The notes under the pieces are model-generated. The model did no database searches, was not told the DNA's origin, and was given only the letters and a program-made list of their open reading frames with translations. This document shows positions 1 to 25,055 of a stretch of DNA of 64,000 nt, one piece after another. The stretch's first letter is position 1. Each line of letters opens with the position of its first letter. The translations under genes were made by a program, and so were the position numbers. This DNA is from the human T2T-CHM13v2.0 reference genome, Homo sapiens. The stretch lies in the NCBI RefSeq assembly GCF_009914755.1, contig NC_060927.1, one strand, 5' to 3'.

Positions 1-5580
<5,580 letters not shown>

Positions 5581-5847
5581 ATATTTTTACCAGAATATTT
5601 CATAAAATCAATGCACTGCTAGGAAAGATATGAAGTCACTTAACTGATCTGTCTAAACAGAACTGTTCACCTGTTCATAGTGAAGTACACAGGGTTTTCA
5701 TTTGAAGTCCTTAAAAAAACAAACAACCTGGCAGGAAACAAAAGGAATCTCATAATGACGAGTTTCATTAACTATGCATTTTCTCCAAGCAGTCCAACCC
5801 CATTCAGAAATAACACAAAATATCCAAGTGCTTTAAAATCCAAGGCC

Positions 5848-5853
5848 TTTAAT
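5848..5853 (-). terminator. Probable polyadenylation signal ATTAAA
   Basis: tttaat on + (ATTAAA on -), followed on - by GU/U-rich sequence (tttgtgttatttc). Confidence 0.65.
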
Positions 5854-6759
5854 TTAGTTTTTGGTAATGACCATAAATGCCTTCACAAAACCTCTTTTTC
5901 ACTGTAAATAGAAGGCACTAGGCATTACATAATACCCTTAAAGCAGTGATTCCTCCTGATGCTGGTAGAGATAAAACATTTAATGTCAGGGTTTACATAG
6001 TAACAAATTCTTCTTAAAAAAAAAAAGACAAATCTAAAAATCACGCACCAAAAATTATCAGTCACTCTTTCCCAGGTTCCCAGTGCAAATTTACATCATT
6101 TTTACAAGTACATAGTTTGAAATTAAGAGATAAACTAGGTATGATATGGTTTTCAACATGTGTTAGGTTTCAGTTAAATACAGTAAAAATGAAGACACCA
6201 TTATCATGCTAATTGGCATCTTTTGCTACTGTTTAGCTGTGCAAAATAGACTTGAAATGATACATCCTGTAGTGGCATAATTTAAAAGATCCTTGATATG
6301 ACACCAACAACTTACAAATTCTGGTCACAAACTGTATATAAATTGTACAATTATTAAAATATACCTTTTTGAAAAATAATAAGATGACCATTTATACCTA
6401 AATAAGGTTTCCCAGAAAGTTATGAAATACTTTTAGCATATAAAAGTAGTTGCTCCTTTTCTGAAAAGTCAGCTGTTGTTTCACAAAATAACTCATATGA
6501 TCCAAGGCAAACGATTTCTTTCAAATGCCATATTCTCTCTATGACTTTGAGGTATGCTTCAAGAGACTGTATCCATAAGAACAGGGCACATTTGGGTATT
6601 AGACCACAGTTACAAACGCAAGGAGTCTTTCTTGGGTCAGGAATGCCCTTAAGAGTTATATCGACAGAGAACAAAAGATAGCTTCTGAAGCCATATCCTT
6701 TACAAATACATACAACTAAATTTGGTTATTTAGAGGATAATTCAAGACACAGCTATTAA

Positions 6760-7117
<358 letters not shown>

Positions 7118-7510
7118 TTATTCAAACACAAACCAAACAACCCTACTCTACCAAATCACATTCTTCTATTTTTGGCAAGGTAGTATTGTTTAAACAAAAC
7201 AGAAACAAAAACAACAACAACAAAAGCTAACCATGACAGTGACTCAGGCGAAAGTTCCCATGTCAAACAATAGTAGGAAAAGTGTTTTAAGAAACATTAA
7301 TGTTGGGAAAAATAAAACGCTACCAAACAAATAATGCCAGAAATCAATCTTATCATCACTCAAATAAGTATCACATAAAAAACTCATGAATGCCTTTGAA
7401 ATAAGAATAGTTCAGTTTAAAAAAATAGCTGATTATGAGATTTATAATTAAAATGTCTTTGAAAAGCAGCCAAGTTCATTAGTTTAAACATTTAATAATA
7501 TTTAAATTAG

Positions 7511-7825
<315 letters not shown>

Positions 7826-8588
7826 TAAATTAGTAAAGGGTAAGAGAAAATAAACTCTTCCATCATTAATACTAGATGCCTTCTTGTCTTTGGAGAAACT
7901 GGTAACATTAAATTTTGAAAATGGAAGGGAAAATAATGAAAATCTATATGACAACTGAAAAAAACCCATCATGTCTATTAATAAACACAATGGGTAGCAA
8001 GAAACTTTTTTTTTAAACAATGATCACTCAACAGAATACCTTATAAAATTACGTATCATAATGAAGCTAAGGAAAAGCTTCAAGACTAGCAGCTGAACTG
8101 TGAAACATGTAGGACAACAGAAGGCACTACATAAGCATCAATTCCTTCTAACCATAGGACAGTTCAGTCTTTCTGTTCTTAAGAAGATAGCCAGTGTGAA
8201 TGTTATTTTTATATCCCCCTGAGTTTTAACATGATTGGGCAAAGCAGCACCAATTTAAAAAAATATCTGCAATGCCAGCACTGCAGTATGAAATCACTAA
8301 TACTGATGGCCCACAAGTCTCTCATAAGAGCACTTTAGAACATGATTAAAAATATAGAAATGCCTTTCGGTGTTTCAGTATTAAAGTGGAACCACCACAG
8401 ATATCCACTTTAAAAAGTAATGCACTAAAAAGGTCTGTTTATACAATACAGTCTTTCTACCCTGTAACTAGCATTCATGGCAATTTTCCACTCCGCTGCC
8501 ACTGAGAGATCTCCTTTGTGCGTCTGGTTGAAATGTCAGTATGCTTCATGATGCATAATCCTTTTTGGCTGGAAAATCTTGGCAAATA

Positions 8589-8720
8589 TCATGTCATGCC
8601 CGTTTTGAGCAGTATGCCTTGCAAGTCCTCTGGCAATGCTAAGATAATGGCATCTATGTGTGTCCGTAACTTTTCCATAGTGTCAGGTTTCACAGGTAAG
8701 TGCTCTCGATCAGCCTGCAA
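8589..8720 (-). CDS. DENND6A: DENND6A exon 20 coding part ([43 protein letters not shown]-stop)
   Basis: atgtag acceptor; TGA at 8591-8589 closes the 529-aa spliced frame. Confidence 0.96.
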
Positions 8721-9185
8721 CTACATAAGGAACATTTCATAACATTTAAATTATCCTCAGAATCTGTATTAATACATTACATTCTCTAAATAAACCATTT
8801 TAAAGGTCTAACAATTAGATACTTTCAGTCTTAGACCAGAAATTACAGAAACTAAAAAAGCAAGGAGCATTCTATTTAAACAATTCGTTATTGAGCTCAA
8901 TAAAAGGCTTCTATGTAAATTCATAATAATACCTAGAAATATAAGTGACAATGTTTTTATAGAGCTTATTAGATTCTATATACATAACGTTAGAATAATA
9001 TGGCATCATTATGGTCTGTTTCAGTGACCAAGTATTTTCAGCAGTATCTACCATCAATTGACCAATTTCAAGCCCTCTCATTTAAAAAGTTACTTCTGCG
9101 AACTATCATGGGTTGTCAGCTCACATGAGAGGACAATGTCTTCAAAGAAAAGTCAATTTAATCTTTGGCTGTTTTGGCTACATAC

Positions 9186-9260
9186 CAGCTTATTTTTCAG
9201 CTTCAAGACAAGGTCTACTGTTTCTACTTCTGTGTGTTTCTGGATCCAGAGAAGTAAGTC
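9186..9260 (-). CDS. DENND6A: DENND6A exon 19 (75 nt, [25 protein letters not shown])
   Basis: ttctag / gtatgt, phase 0/0. Confidence 0.96.
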
Positions 9261-9840
9261 CTAGAATAAATAAAGTCCCAAATCAGTAAGTTCTCAAAAT
9301 AATATTCAAACCTCTCTATTTCAATAGGTAAGGCTACTGTGAAGGAAAGACAAGAAGGAAAAGGAGAACAAAGTATTTAACCCAGATATAGCATTATAGT
9401 GCAAGAATAATTCTCATAATATTCTAATAACTGTTAGATAATTTTCTGCATTAGCCAGAATAATTGTCTCATATTTGGAAGTAAAACAAAATGTACTGAG
9501 GTGGCTTTTTTAGATCAAGCAAGAAAAACAAAATTGCAGCTCAAACTGTAACAGTAACCCCCACTTCCACTAAGTAGTGACTAATTTATAAGGAACATTA
9601 GTTAACAAATCAAGAGAACTGAACATGAATTTACTACTGGATGTACACTTCGTGTTTTCGGATATGCTCTTCCTGGGCTTATGTTGCAGGTGCATTCATC
9701 ATATTCCTTTTCTCAAAGCCACAGTGACTGGGAGTTTATGAGTAGAAAGTTAACACTGAGGTTAGCACACCTCACATTTAAAGCTAAATATAAATGAAAG
9801 TGAGACTATTCCTTTTATTTTCACAAGTAGTTTAATTTAA

Positions 9841-10197
<357 letters not shown>

Positions 10198-10299
10198 AGT
10201 CCACATTTCTAAAAGTGTTAATACTAACTAAAAAAGGTAAATACATCATACAGAAAAAGATGTGGAGTTAGGCTTCTTGGATTAGAATCCTTACTCTAC

Positions 10300-10499
10300 C
10301 CAGTAATGTGCTGGTAAATATTTAACAAGTGGTTCTCCAAAAGAGGTCTCTGGTTTGTAGCATTTGCCAATTTCTGTGGTGTAGTACTCCCACTGTAGGC
10401 TATTTCAAGCTGCCAACCTGAGGTTACTGAATACAGAGCTGAGAAGAGATGTGCACATTTGGCTCTTGTGAGCCAATGCAAGTGGACTCCAGCACACTG
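10300..10499 (-). mobile_element. MER63-like hAT DNA transposon inside a MIR remnant
   Basis: cagt..tgtgctgg / ccagcacactg termini; internal match to recalled MER63A. Confidence 0.7.
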
Positions 10500-10796
10500 T
10501 TGGCTCCACTACTTAGCAGGGATGTGATCTGAGGCAAGTCATTTAACTTCTAAGCCAAAAGTTTCCCATGATGCAGTTCATAACACACCTACCTCAAAGA
10601 ATCATTGTAAAGATTAAAAGAGATTATCTATATAAAGCCCCTATAATGTCCTTGGCACATAGCACATGATCTAGAAAAGTTAGTCATCATTACTATTTAT
10701 AAAGAGTGGATAAAGGGTACAATCTTCAACTTCTAAGCATAATTATCTTTATTTTCAACAGTTGTTAATCATTACACAAACACACAGTTTTCGAAC

Positions 10797-10899
10797 CTCT
10801 TCACAAAGAGCTTCTAGATGGAGTGCCTCCAATTTTTGGGTCATTTCCTTCCTCCGGGTCTTAAACCAGCCATCAAAATTTGGAGACTTTAGGAAATGC
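10797..10899 (-). CDS. DENND6A: DENND6A exon 18 (103 nt, [34 protein letters not shown])
   Basis: ttatag / gttcga (weak donor), phase 2/0; dDENN-type [10 protein letters not shown]. Confidence 0.96.
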
Positions 10900-11090
10900 C
10901 TATAAAAATACATTTTAAAAAAGTAAAGTTTGATTATAACTTATTTCCTTTCCTCAATACCTTTCCTAGTCAGAGAACCATGTCAAACTTTAGTAGAATT
11001 TTTTAAAAAGAATAAGCTTAAGTTTAGCTTTTTGTTTTGCTTTTAAATAAAGCACGACACATGGGTGTAAAACAGGGAAAAAAGACTAAC

Positions 11091-11200
11091 CGGTAAAGTC
11101 CAATCCAATCGCCTTTTATTCTAGAGGTTAGCTGAGGTCCTGTTTTCTCAAGTGTTTTCATAAATTCTTCTGGAAGAAACTGTCTTAATTGAGGTGGACT
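11091..11200 (-). CDS. DENND6A: DENND6A exon 17 (110 nt, [37 protein letters not shown])
   Basis: ttctag / gttagt, phase 0/2. Confidence 0.96.
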
Positions 11201-11300
11201 CTAGAAAACAGGACATATAATATTTAGAAATTAGGAGTGGATATGTTCACAGAAGTTAATTACAGTTAGAGGACCCAAATAGATTTGAATATATTCATAC

Positions 11301-11354
11301 CTTCCATGGGGAAATACTTTTCTGCAAAGGCATCAAGCTTGCCACATATCTTTC
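11301..11354 (-). CDS. DENND6A: DENND6A exon 16 (54 nt, ERYVASLMPLQKSISPWK)
   Basis: ttttag / gtatga, phase 0/0. Confidence 0.96.
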
Positions 11355-11551
11355 CTAAAACCAAGAAAAAAGTTAATAAAAGGAGTGTCTTCAAAAATAT
11401 TTAAACAGACCTACTTAAAAGGAATGGGTCTTTTAAGTTTTTAATCATATGCCCTTTCAATGGACAGCAACAACTCCATCACTCCCCACAAGAGATATAG
11501 CTAAATTTAGACTGACTTGGGAAGTCAGATTTCAAATAAAAATTCAACTAA

Positions 11552-14846
<3,295 letters not shown>

Positions 14847-14933
14847 TTAGTATACATAAAGGACATATTGCGTAACTGGATATTACATACCTGAACAAGG
14901 AAATTTAAATTAATAATATGAGCAACTAATTAC

Positions 14934-14998
14934 CTTCTGTAATTGTTTTATGATCTCTTCATCTCTATTTAAATATGGCTTATATGAAGTATAAACTC
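14934..14998 (-). CDS. DENND6A: DENND6A exon 14 (65 nt, [21 protein letters not shown])
   Basis: tcttag / gtaatt, phase 1/0, 81-nt intron 13. Confidence 0.95.
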
Positions 14999-15079
14999 CT
15001 AAGAGCAAAGAAAAGAAGGTAAACAAAAAAACCCAAGTACCATATAAATATATATTTAAAAATCAATAAAAGTCAATAC

Positions 15080-15145
15080 CAGGTTTGGAATCCAGAGTCT
15101 TTAGATTCTTCAGTTTTTTCACTTTAACCTGCTTAGGAATTTCAC
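15080..15145 (-). CDS. DENND6A: DENND6A exon 13 (66 nt, [22 protein letters not shown])
   Basis: cttcag / gtattg, phase 1/1. Confidence 0.95.
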
Positions 15146-16155
15146 CTGAAGGAAGCAGCATAAAGATTTTTATAATTATTCTAATCATACATATTACAAA
15201 ATTGGAACTTTATAAGATTTATAATCTGTTTATTACTTAAGTATGTTATAATGAAAGGATTCTTAACATCTATTAATATGTTAAGGGTTCATTCTTGGTA
15301 TTTTAAAACTGGATAACAAGAATACTGGATTACTACAACAGTACAGAAATAATTCATGTAAATTATATAAAATGGATATTTGATCTTTCATTAATATCTA
15401 TCATTACTTAAATTTTTCCCTTTTTGTCACTCAACCTGTAATTTAAAATCTATATGCCAAATACATAAAACTGAAAATTTAGATGCTGAATAGGAATAAA
15501 ATACCCTTTAAGTATAAATGGAATAGAGAGCAATTCTTAAATGACTATGCAGATGTAGTCTTCAAGGGTTTGTGGGGTTTTGTTTTGTTTTGTTTTGTTT
15601 TGTTTTTGATGCCTCCTCAAATTCAGCTTTTCCATTATAGAAACTTACACTGCCAGCAAGTGGTGATGGTGTGTGCAGCAACCACAGGTCTGAGCCACAG
15701 ATGGACAGGACTCCTGAGCAGGCTGCTATGTTGAATAGCTTGTGTAGTATATGCAGGCCCTGGTCTTAGGGTCAAAGAAAGCTAACACCTAAACAACCCT
15801 TATAACAGACAGAAAAATACCTCAAGATACACTTAAAAGTGTCATGAACAAACCTAATTTCAAAGATTTTCTCCACCCTCCCTCTTCTCTGCATAAGGGT
15901 TAAAAGAACCTAAGAACTGAAAGACAATCTAGAGATTATATTATTATAGAGATTATAATATAATTGAAGCCTCTAAATTCACAAAATGCCTTTGTTTAAA
16001 TAGTTACATAGATCAAACTGCTAATTGTGGTATATCTGGGGGTGAGATTTTAAGAACAAGGAACATTTTCCTTTGCAATCTTATATTGCTAAAAAATTTT
16101 AAGAGTATGTATTATGATAAAACAGCTATTTCTATAAACTTTTTACTTTGAAGTA

Positions 16156-16594
16156 CAGTTGAACATTGAACAGCATGGGTTTAAACTGTGCATATTCACT
16201 TATACATGATTTTTTTTCCTGCCTCTGCCACCCCTGAGTTAGCAAGACCATTCCCTCCTCTTCCTCTTCAACCTACTCAGTGTGAAGGCTATGAGGATGA
16301 AGACTTTTATGATGATCCACTTCCACTTAATGAACAGTCAATATATATTTTATCTTCCTCATGATTTTCTTAGTAACATTTTATTTCCCCTAGCTTACTT
16401 TATTATAAGGATACAATATATAATACATAAAACATACAAAATGTGTGTTAATTGACTGTTTATGTTATTGCTAAGGCTCTGATCAACAGTAGGCTGTTAG
16501 AACTTAAGTTATGGAGGAGTTAAAGGTATACACAGATTTTCTACTACACAGGAAGTTGGCATTCCTAATCCCTGTATTGTTCAAGGGTTAATTG
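16156..16594 (+). mobile_element. Tigger2a-like TcMar DNA transposon
   Basis: TA-flanked; TIR cagttgaacattgaaca ... tgttcaagggttaattg; internal ctgcctctgccacccctgag / gatgatccacttccacttaatga. Confidence 0.8.
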
Positions 16595-17002
16595 TAATTT
16601 CAGTTTTGCAGAGAAGCTGCCAAGTAATACAGTCTATAAAGGAAAGAGTGAAAGAGATTAAAAGAAAATTAGTCTATACTCCAAATGTGTCAACTGTCCC
16701 AGTAATAATTTTAAACAGATACTTGTTAAAAAAGCAGTATCATGGATACACAGACTTATTTTTTCATTGATTCAGTAAATATTAAGTAAATGCAAGATAC
16801 TGGCAATACAGGAACAAAACAGCTAATTACCCGTATCAATGAGCCACAGTCTAACAGCAAAATATGATACAGAGAAATGACAATATGGAGGGAAAGGTGC
16901 TGGGATAGAATTATGAACAAGATACTACGGAGACACAGAAGAGTGTCCTGGCCAAAGAAGAGTAAGAAAATTATTGAGGATTCCTAAAGGAGGTAACAGT
17001 TA

Positions 17003-17512
<510 letters not shown>

Positions 17513-18675
17513 TCACAATAAGAGTTTATTTATGATGCCCATTTCACAGATGAAGAAACTAAAGCATGGGCAGAACTTGATATTTACCTGGTATGCACCA
17601 GAACCAGCTGGTTACTGCCATCATTCATTCTGATTAATGAGTGCCCTATTAAGACAGGTTGTTAGCTCTGTCATAACTAGACACAGAGGAACATCTTGTC
17701 AAGGATGTGGGTGCACTAAAACTAGGTACAATCCAGAAAAAGCAATCCCTTTATATCAGGAGGAATGATCCTTCTGCAAGGTTAACACTAAATATATGTT
17801 TCTGGTAAAGTTTCAGGACACAGGAGAGCAAAATCTTAATTCTGCTGTGCCTTCCCTCTTGGTTCTAAAGAAGATGTTTTTTTCTCTAATTTTACTGACC
17901 CTGCCAGATTTTTTTTTTCCTTGTAGAACTCACAGTCTATCTCAGGTTTCAAAGCCAGAATCCTGAGCAGGGCTGTGTTGCACAACTTGTGCAGCATTTG
18001 CAGTGGGCCTGGGTGTTTTTTAACTCAACAAGCAGAAAAATACTCCAAGATATAAACCACTCATAAATTAAAAGATATATGAGATTTCATGACTATGACA
18101 CCAAATATACAAGCAATACAAAGAAAAAATAAATAAGACTTCAAAAAAAAAAAAAGCAGAAGAAAAAGAACAGAAGAAAACAAAAAAAATAAATAAATAA
18201 GACTATTAAATTATAAACTCCTGTGCACAGGCCGGGCACAGTGGCTCACGCTTGTAACCCCAGCACTTTGGGAGGCTGAGGTGAGTGGATCACGAGGTCA
18301 GGAATTCGAGACCAGCCTGGCCAACATGGTGAAACCCCATCTCTACTAAAAATACAAAAATCAGCTGAGTGTGGTGGCGCACACCTGTAATCCCAGCTAC
18401 TGGGGAGGCTGAGACAGGAGAATCACTTGAACCCAGGAGGCGAAGGTTGCAGTGAGCCAAGATCATGCCACCGTACTCCAGCCTGGAAGACAGACCAAGA
18501 CTCCATCTCAAAAAATAAATAAATAAAATAAACTTCTGTGCATCAAAGGACACCATCAAGAGAGCAAAAAGACAATACAAAATAGAAGAAAATATTCACA
18601 AAGCATATATCTAATAAGGATTACTATTCAGAATATATAAAGAATTCCTATAACTAAAAAAAAAAAACCCATTCA

Positions 18676-19095
<420 letters not shown>

Positions 19096-19277
19096 TCAAT
19101 ATCACCGATCATGAGGGAAATGAAAATGAAACCCACAATAAAATACTAACTCATGCCCATTAGGATGGTTACTATCAAAAAAAATGAAAAATAACAGGCC
19201 AGGTGTGGTGGCTCCCACCTGTAATCCCAACACTTTGGGAGGCCAAGGCAGGAGGACTGCTTGAGCACAGGAGTTTA

Positions 19278-19466
<189 letters not shown>

Positions 19467-20326
19467 CTATCACACACACACACAAAAAGACAAAATATTT
19501 AAATAGACATTTCACCAAAGATATATGAATGAAAGGAAGTAGATGAAAAAGTGCTCACCATCATTAGTCATTAGAGAAAAGCAAATTAACATCACCATTT
19601 CAAACATTCTAGAATGGCCATAATGAAAATGACAACATCAAATGTTGGCAGAGATGTTAAGAAATAGGAACCCTCATACATTGCTGGTAAGAATGTAAAC
19701 TGATGGGCCACTTTGGCAAACAGTTTGGTGATTTCTTAAACAGATTTATCAATTCATGCTGCTCTACCAATGATTTTGTGCAAAAGTTATCTACCTACAT
19801 CTAGCAGAGAGACTTCTTCCACTGGAAAGAGAAAACAATCAGTAGTCTACTACATTATAATTAATAGTCTAAATTAGTAGGCCCAAACCATGAAAATGTC
19901 AAGATTAAATTAAGATTTAAAAAAATTTATCATATCATCTCATATCCAAGACTCTAGCAACTGTTGTTCTCTGTATTATCATTAATACTCAGACAGAACA
20001 GTAACAGAATGGCAGGGGACCATGCCATTTACAGAGTACCATGCATCAGGCACTGTGTTTAATCCTCCTAGCAGACAAAAAATTTGAGGCTTAAAGATGC
20101 TATTCAGCCTATTAGCACACAGTTCTGATTGCCAAGATGAAGCCCTTTGCTTTTTCCTCTATTTCATAAGGCTTCTAAAAATTTCAGTAAGACCGAGTCC
20201 AGAATTTGTAAACAGTACTATTTAAAATGTTATCCTTGATTCTAATACTTCCATTTAGATATATGTATATACCAGAAGGAATATCTTGTAAAATCAGATG
20301 ATTAAGTCATGTTTTAAATATATCTA

Positions 20327-20983
<657 letters not shown>

Positions 20984-21529
20984 TTATTAGAAAATAACTT
21001 TATAATCCCAACTATTTCAGTGGAAAATTCATGAATGTCCATTGTCATGTCGGAGAGATGTCTTCCATTGGAAGGAGAAAATAGTCAGTAGTCCGCTACA
21101 TTACAATTAATAAAACAGTCTAAATTACTACGCCCAAACCATGAAATAAATGTCAAGATTAAATTAAGATTTAAAAAATTTTCTCATATCTTCTCATACG
21201 CAAGACTCATGTCCTTAATTAATGTACCATTTAGTTGTCATCTAGGTTAACAAAACTTCCAACCTCAGAATTCATATACTTAAACATCTGTTAAACTCCT
21301 ACCATGAACAAGGTACTGTATGTCTTTTCCATATGAAAAGACACTTTGAACCGCTCCCTAAATCAATAACCTGTGCTACAGGGACATATACTTGTTTTGA
21401 GACCTAGCTGTGTATTTTGTGATAAGTTGGGAATAATTCTAGTTTTCTATAAGGTTTTACTCAAGCAGTATTGGAAAGTTCTGTTTTATTGGGCTTCTAT
21501 ATATATAGAAAGTTCTGTTTTATTGGGCT

Positions 21530-21745
21530 TTTAAATATATATATAGTATATTTAAATATATATTTATATATATTTAAATATTTAAGTAATAAAAATATAT
21601 ATTTAAATATTTAAATATATATTATATATTTATATTCAATGTTATATTAAAATATATATTTAAATATTATATATTTAAATATATATTTATATTCAATATA
21701 TTATATTAAAATATATATTTAAGTATATATTTAATATATATAAAG
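21530..21745. repeat. AT-rich (TA)n-like low-complexity tract
   Basis: ~215 bp almost entirely A/T. Confidence 0.95.
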
Positions 21746-22028
21746 CTAACATTTTTAAGACTTCATTTTACTATAATTCTATAAGTGTTATATTATTATT
21801 CTATAATAATATAACACTATAAGTATATTTTTTGGTAGGAGGACATGACAGATTATACATATTATAAGAGCCTGCATATTTTAGTGGGAAATTAGCAGGA
21901 AATTATACCCTTCTCCAAAGGCCTTGAAGAAAGCTGCCATCAACATAAAAAATAATCAAGGATGAAAAGAAAGAAACCTGTTCAGCAACACTGCACACTA
22001 GAAACAGAACACCAAGTTTATACTTTAC

Positions 22029-22123
22029 CTGTAGGTTTAAGGTCTCCTATTCGAATAATGTGTGGCCAGTGCTGGAGTGTCTTAGCAAAAAAAGGGTTGG
22101 TTACTCCTAATATAACTGAGGGC
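22029..22123 (-). CDS. DENND6A: DENND6A exon 12 (95 nt, [32 protein letters not shown])
   Basis: ttatag / gtaaag, phase 2/1; [13 protein letters not shown] motif. Confidence 0.97.
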
Positions 22124-23095
22124 CTATAAAAAACAAAACAAAACAAAATAAAAAAGGTGAGAAAAAGATGAATGCTAAATCAGTGAAGAATAGTTTACTT
22201 TTTTTTTCAATGAACAATACACAGATTGATTTTTCCTTTATTCAACACATTACATATCAACTACATGCCAGGCAACACGTTTTACACTAGACATAAAAAG
22301 ACGAAAGGACACGGTCCTTCCAGCAGCACACAGGAAGAAAGATATACACACCCAGTTATGATGCCAAAATTAGAAGACAGTGAAGGTGGTTTAAAATGCA
22401 CAACAATTAGCCGAGCGCGGTGATTCACGCCTGTAATCCCAGCACTTTCGGAGGCTGAGGCGGGCAGATCACGAGGTTAGGAGTTCGAGGCCAACCTGGC
22501 CAACATGGTGAAACCCCATCTCTACTAAAATTACAAAAAATTAGCTGGGCGTACTGGTGGGCACCTGTAATCCCAGCTACTCAGGAGGCTGAGGCAGGAG
22601 AATTGCTTGAAACCAGGAGGCGGAGGTTGCAGTGAGCTGAGATTGCATCACTGCACTCCAGCCTGGGCAGCAGAGTGAGACTCTGTCTCAAAAAAAAAAA
22701 AAAAAAAAAAGCATAATAATCACAAAGGAGAACCTATGTCTACCAGGGGATTAAAGGACAGCCTCACCAAGGAGGTAATATTTACAGGAAGACGTGAAAG
22801 ATGAGTGGGCGTTTTTTGCCAAGTGGATGAGAGAGGGAAGAGTGATGCAGAACAAACTATGTGCAAAGCAATGAAGTGACATTATGGCCTGTCTGTAGAA
22901 CTACACAGAGTTTAGCATTCCTGGAGCAAAAGCAGAAAGGATGAATAGTCAGAAATGAGAATATTGTTGCCCGATCATTAGAGCCATGTTAGTATGCTAA
23001 GAAGTTTAGATGTTATCTTACAGGCAAAGGGAAACTACCAGATAACCAAGTGGAGGAATGCCGCATGAAAGAAAAAGCACTTATTAGAAAGATCA

Positions 23096-23380
<285 letters not shown>

Positions 23381-23990
23381 TCAAAAAAAAAAAAAAAAGA
23401 TCACTCTGGAAGAAATTTGGAAGTTATCTTATGAGGAGAGAAGGGGTTGAGGGAAAAGCAAATTTGGATATGCAAAACATGAGAGGCAGTAAGACTGGAA
23501 AGGGAGCAATAGAAAGAAGATAAGAAATGTAATCAGAGATATTTTAGGATATCAAACTGACAGAATTTGGTAAAATTTAATGTGGGGCATGTTACAAAGG
23601 AGAAATTTATGACAAGGTTTTGAGAACTAAGTGAAAACTAATGCCATCCATGAAAAGAAAGAAGAGGTATGAGATTAGGGGAGAAAAGAGGGAGACAAAA
23701 ATAATTCAGTTTGCACATGTTTAGTTTCAGATGCCATTAAGACTTCTATCTTCTATGGGGCAATGTGCTTAAAACATCCCCCTCCCCCCACAACACACAC
23801 ACACGCCTGGTTATATAGGTCTGGACCTCACAGAGATATTGGCTAGAAAGATATATTTCAGTCATTAACATGGGGTATTAACAGAAGCCATGGGTACAGA
23901 TAAGACTGTACAGAAAGGGCCAGGCACGGTGGCTCACGTCTGTAATCCCAGCACTTTGGGAGGCTGAGGCGGGTGGATCACTTGAGGTCA

Positions 23991-24308
<318 letters not shown>

Positions 24309-24319
24309 TCAGGAGTTCA

Positions 24320-24553
<234 letters not shown>

Positions 24554-24671
24554 TCAGAACTCAGAACACAATACCTAGCGAACACCAACATTTAAGGGAT
24601 TCGTAGAGAAAAGAAGTCTGCAAAGAAGATTGGGATGCACCACAAGACAGCCCAGGAGAGAACAGTATTAG

Positions 24672-24899
<228 letters not shown>

Positions 24900-25055
24900 T
24901 AACTCCTGGACTTAAGTGATCTGCCCGCCTCAGCCTACCAAAGTGCTGGGATTACAGGCATGGGCCATCACGACTGGCTGGTGATTAAAATATTTTTAAG
25001 GTTAAAAGTGTAAATGTTACAAGAAAGAAGAGGTGGCAGACCAGCCTGGGCAACA

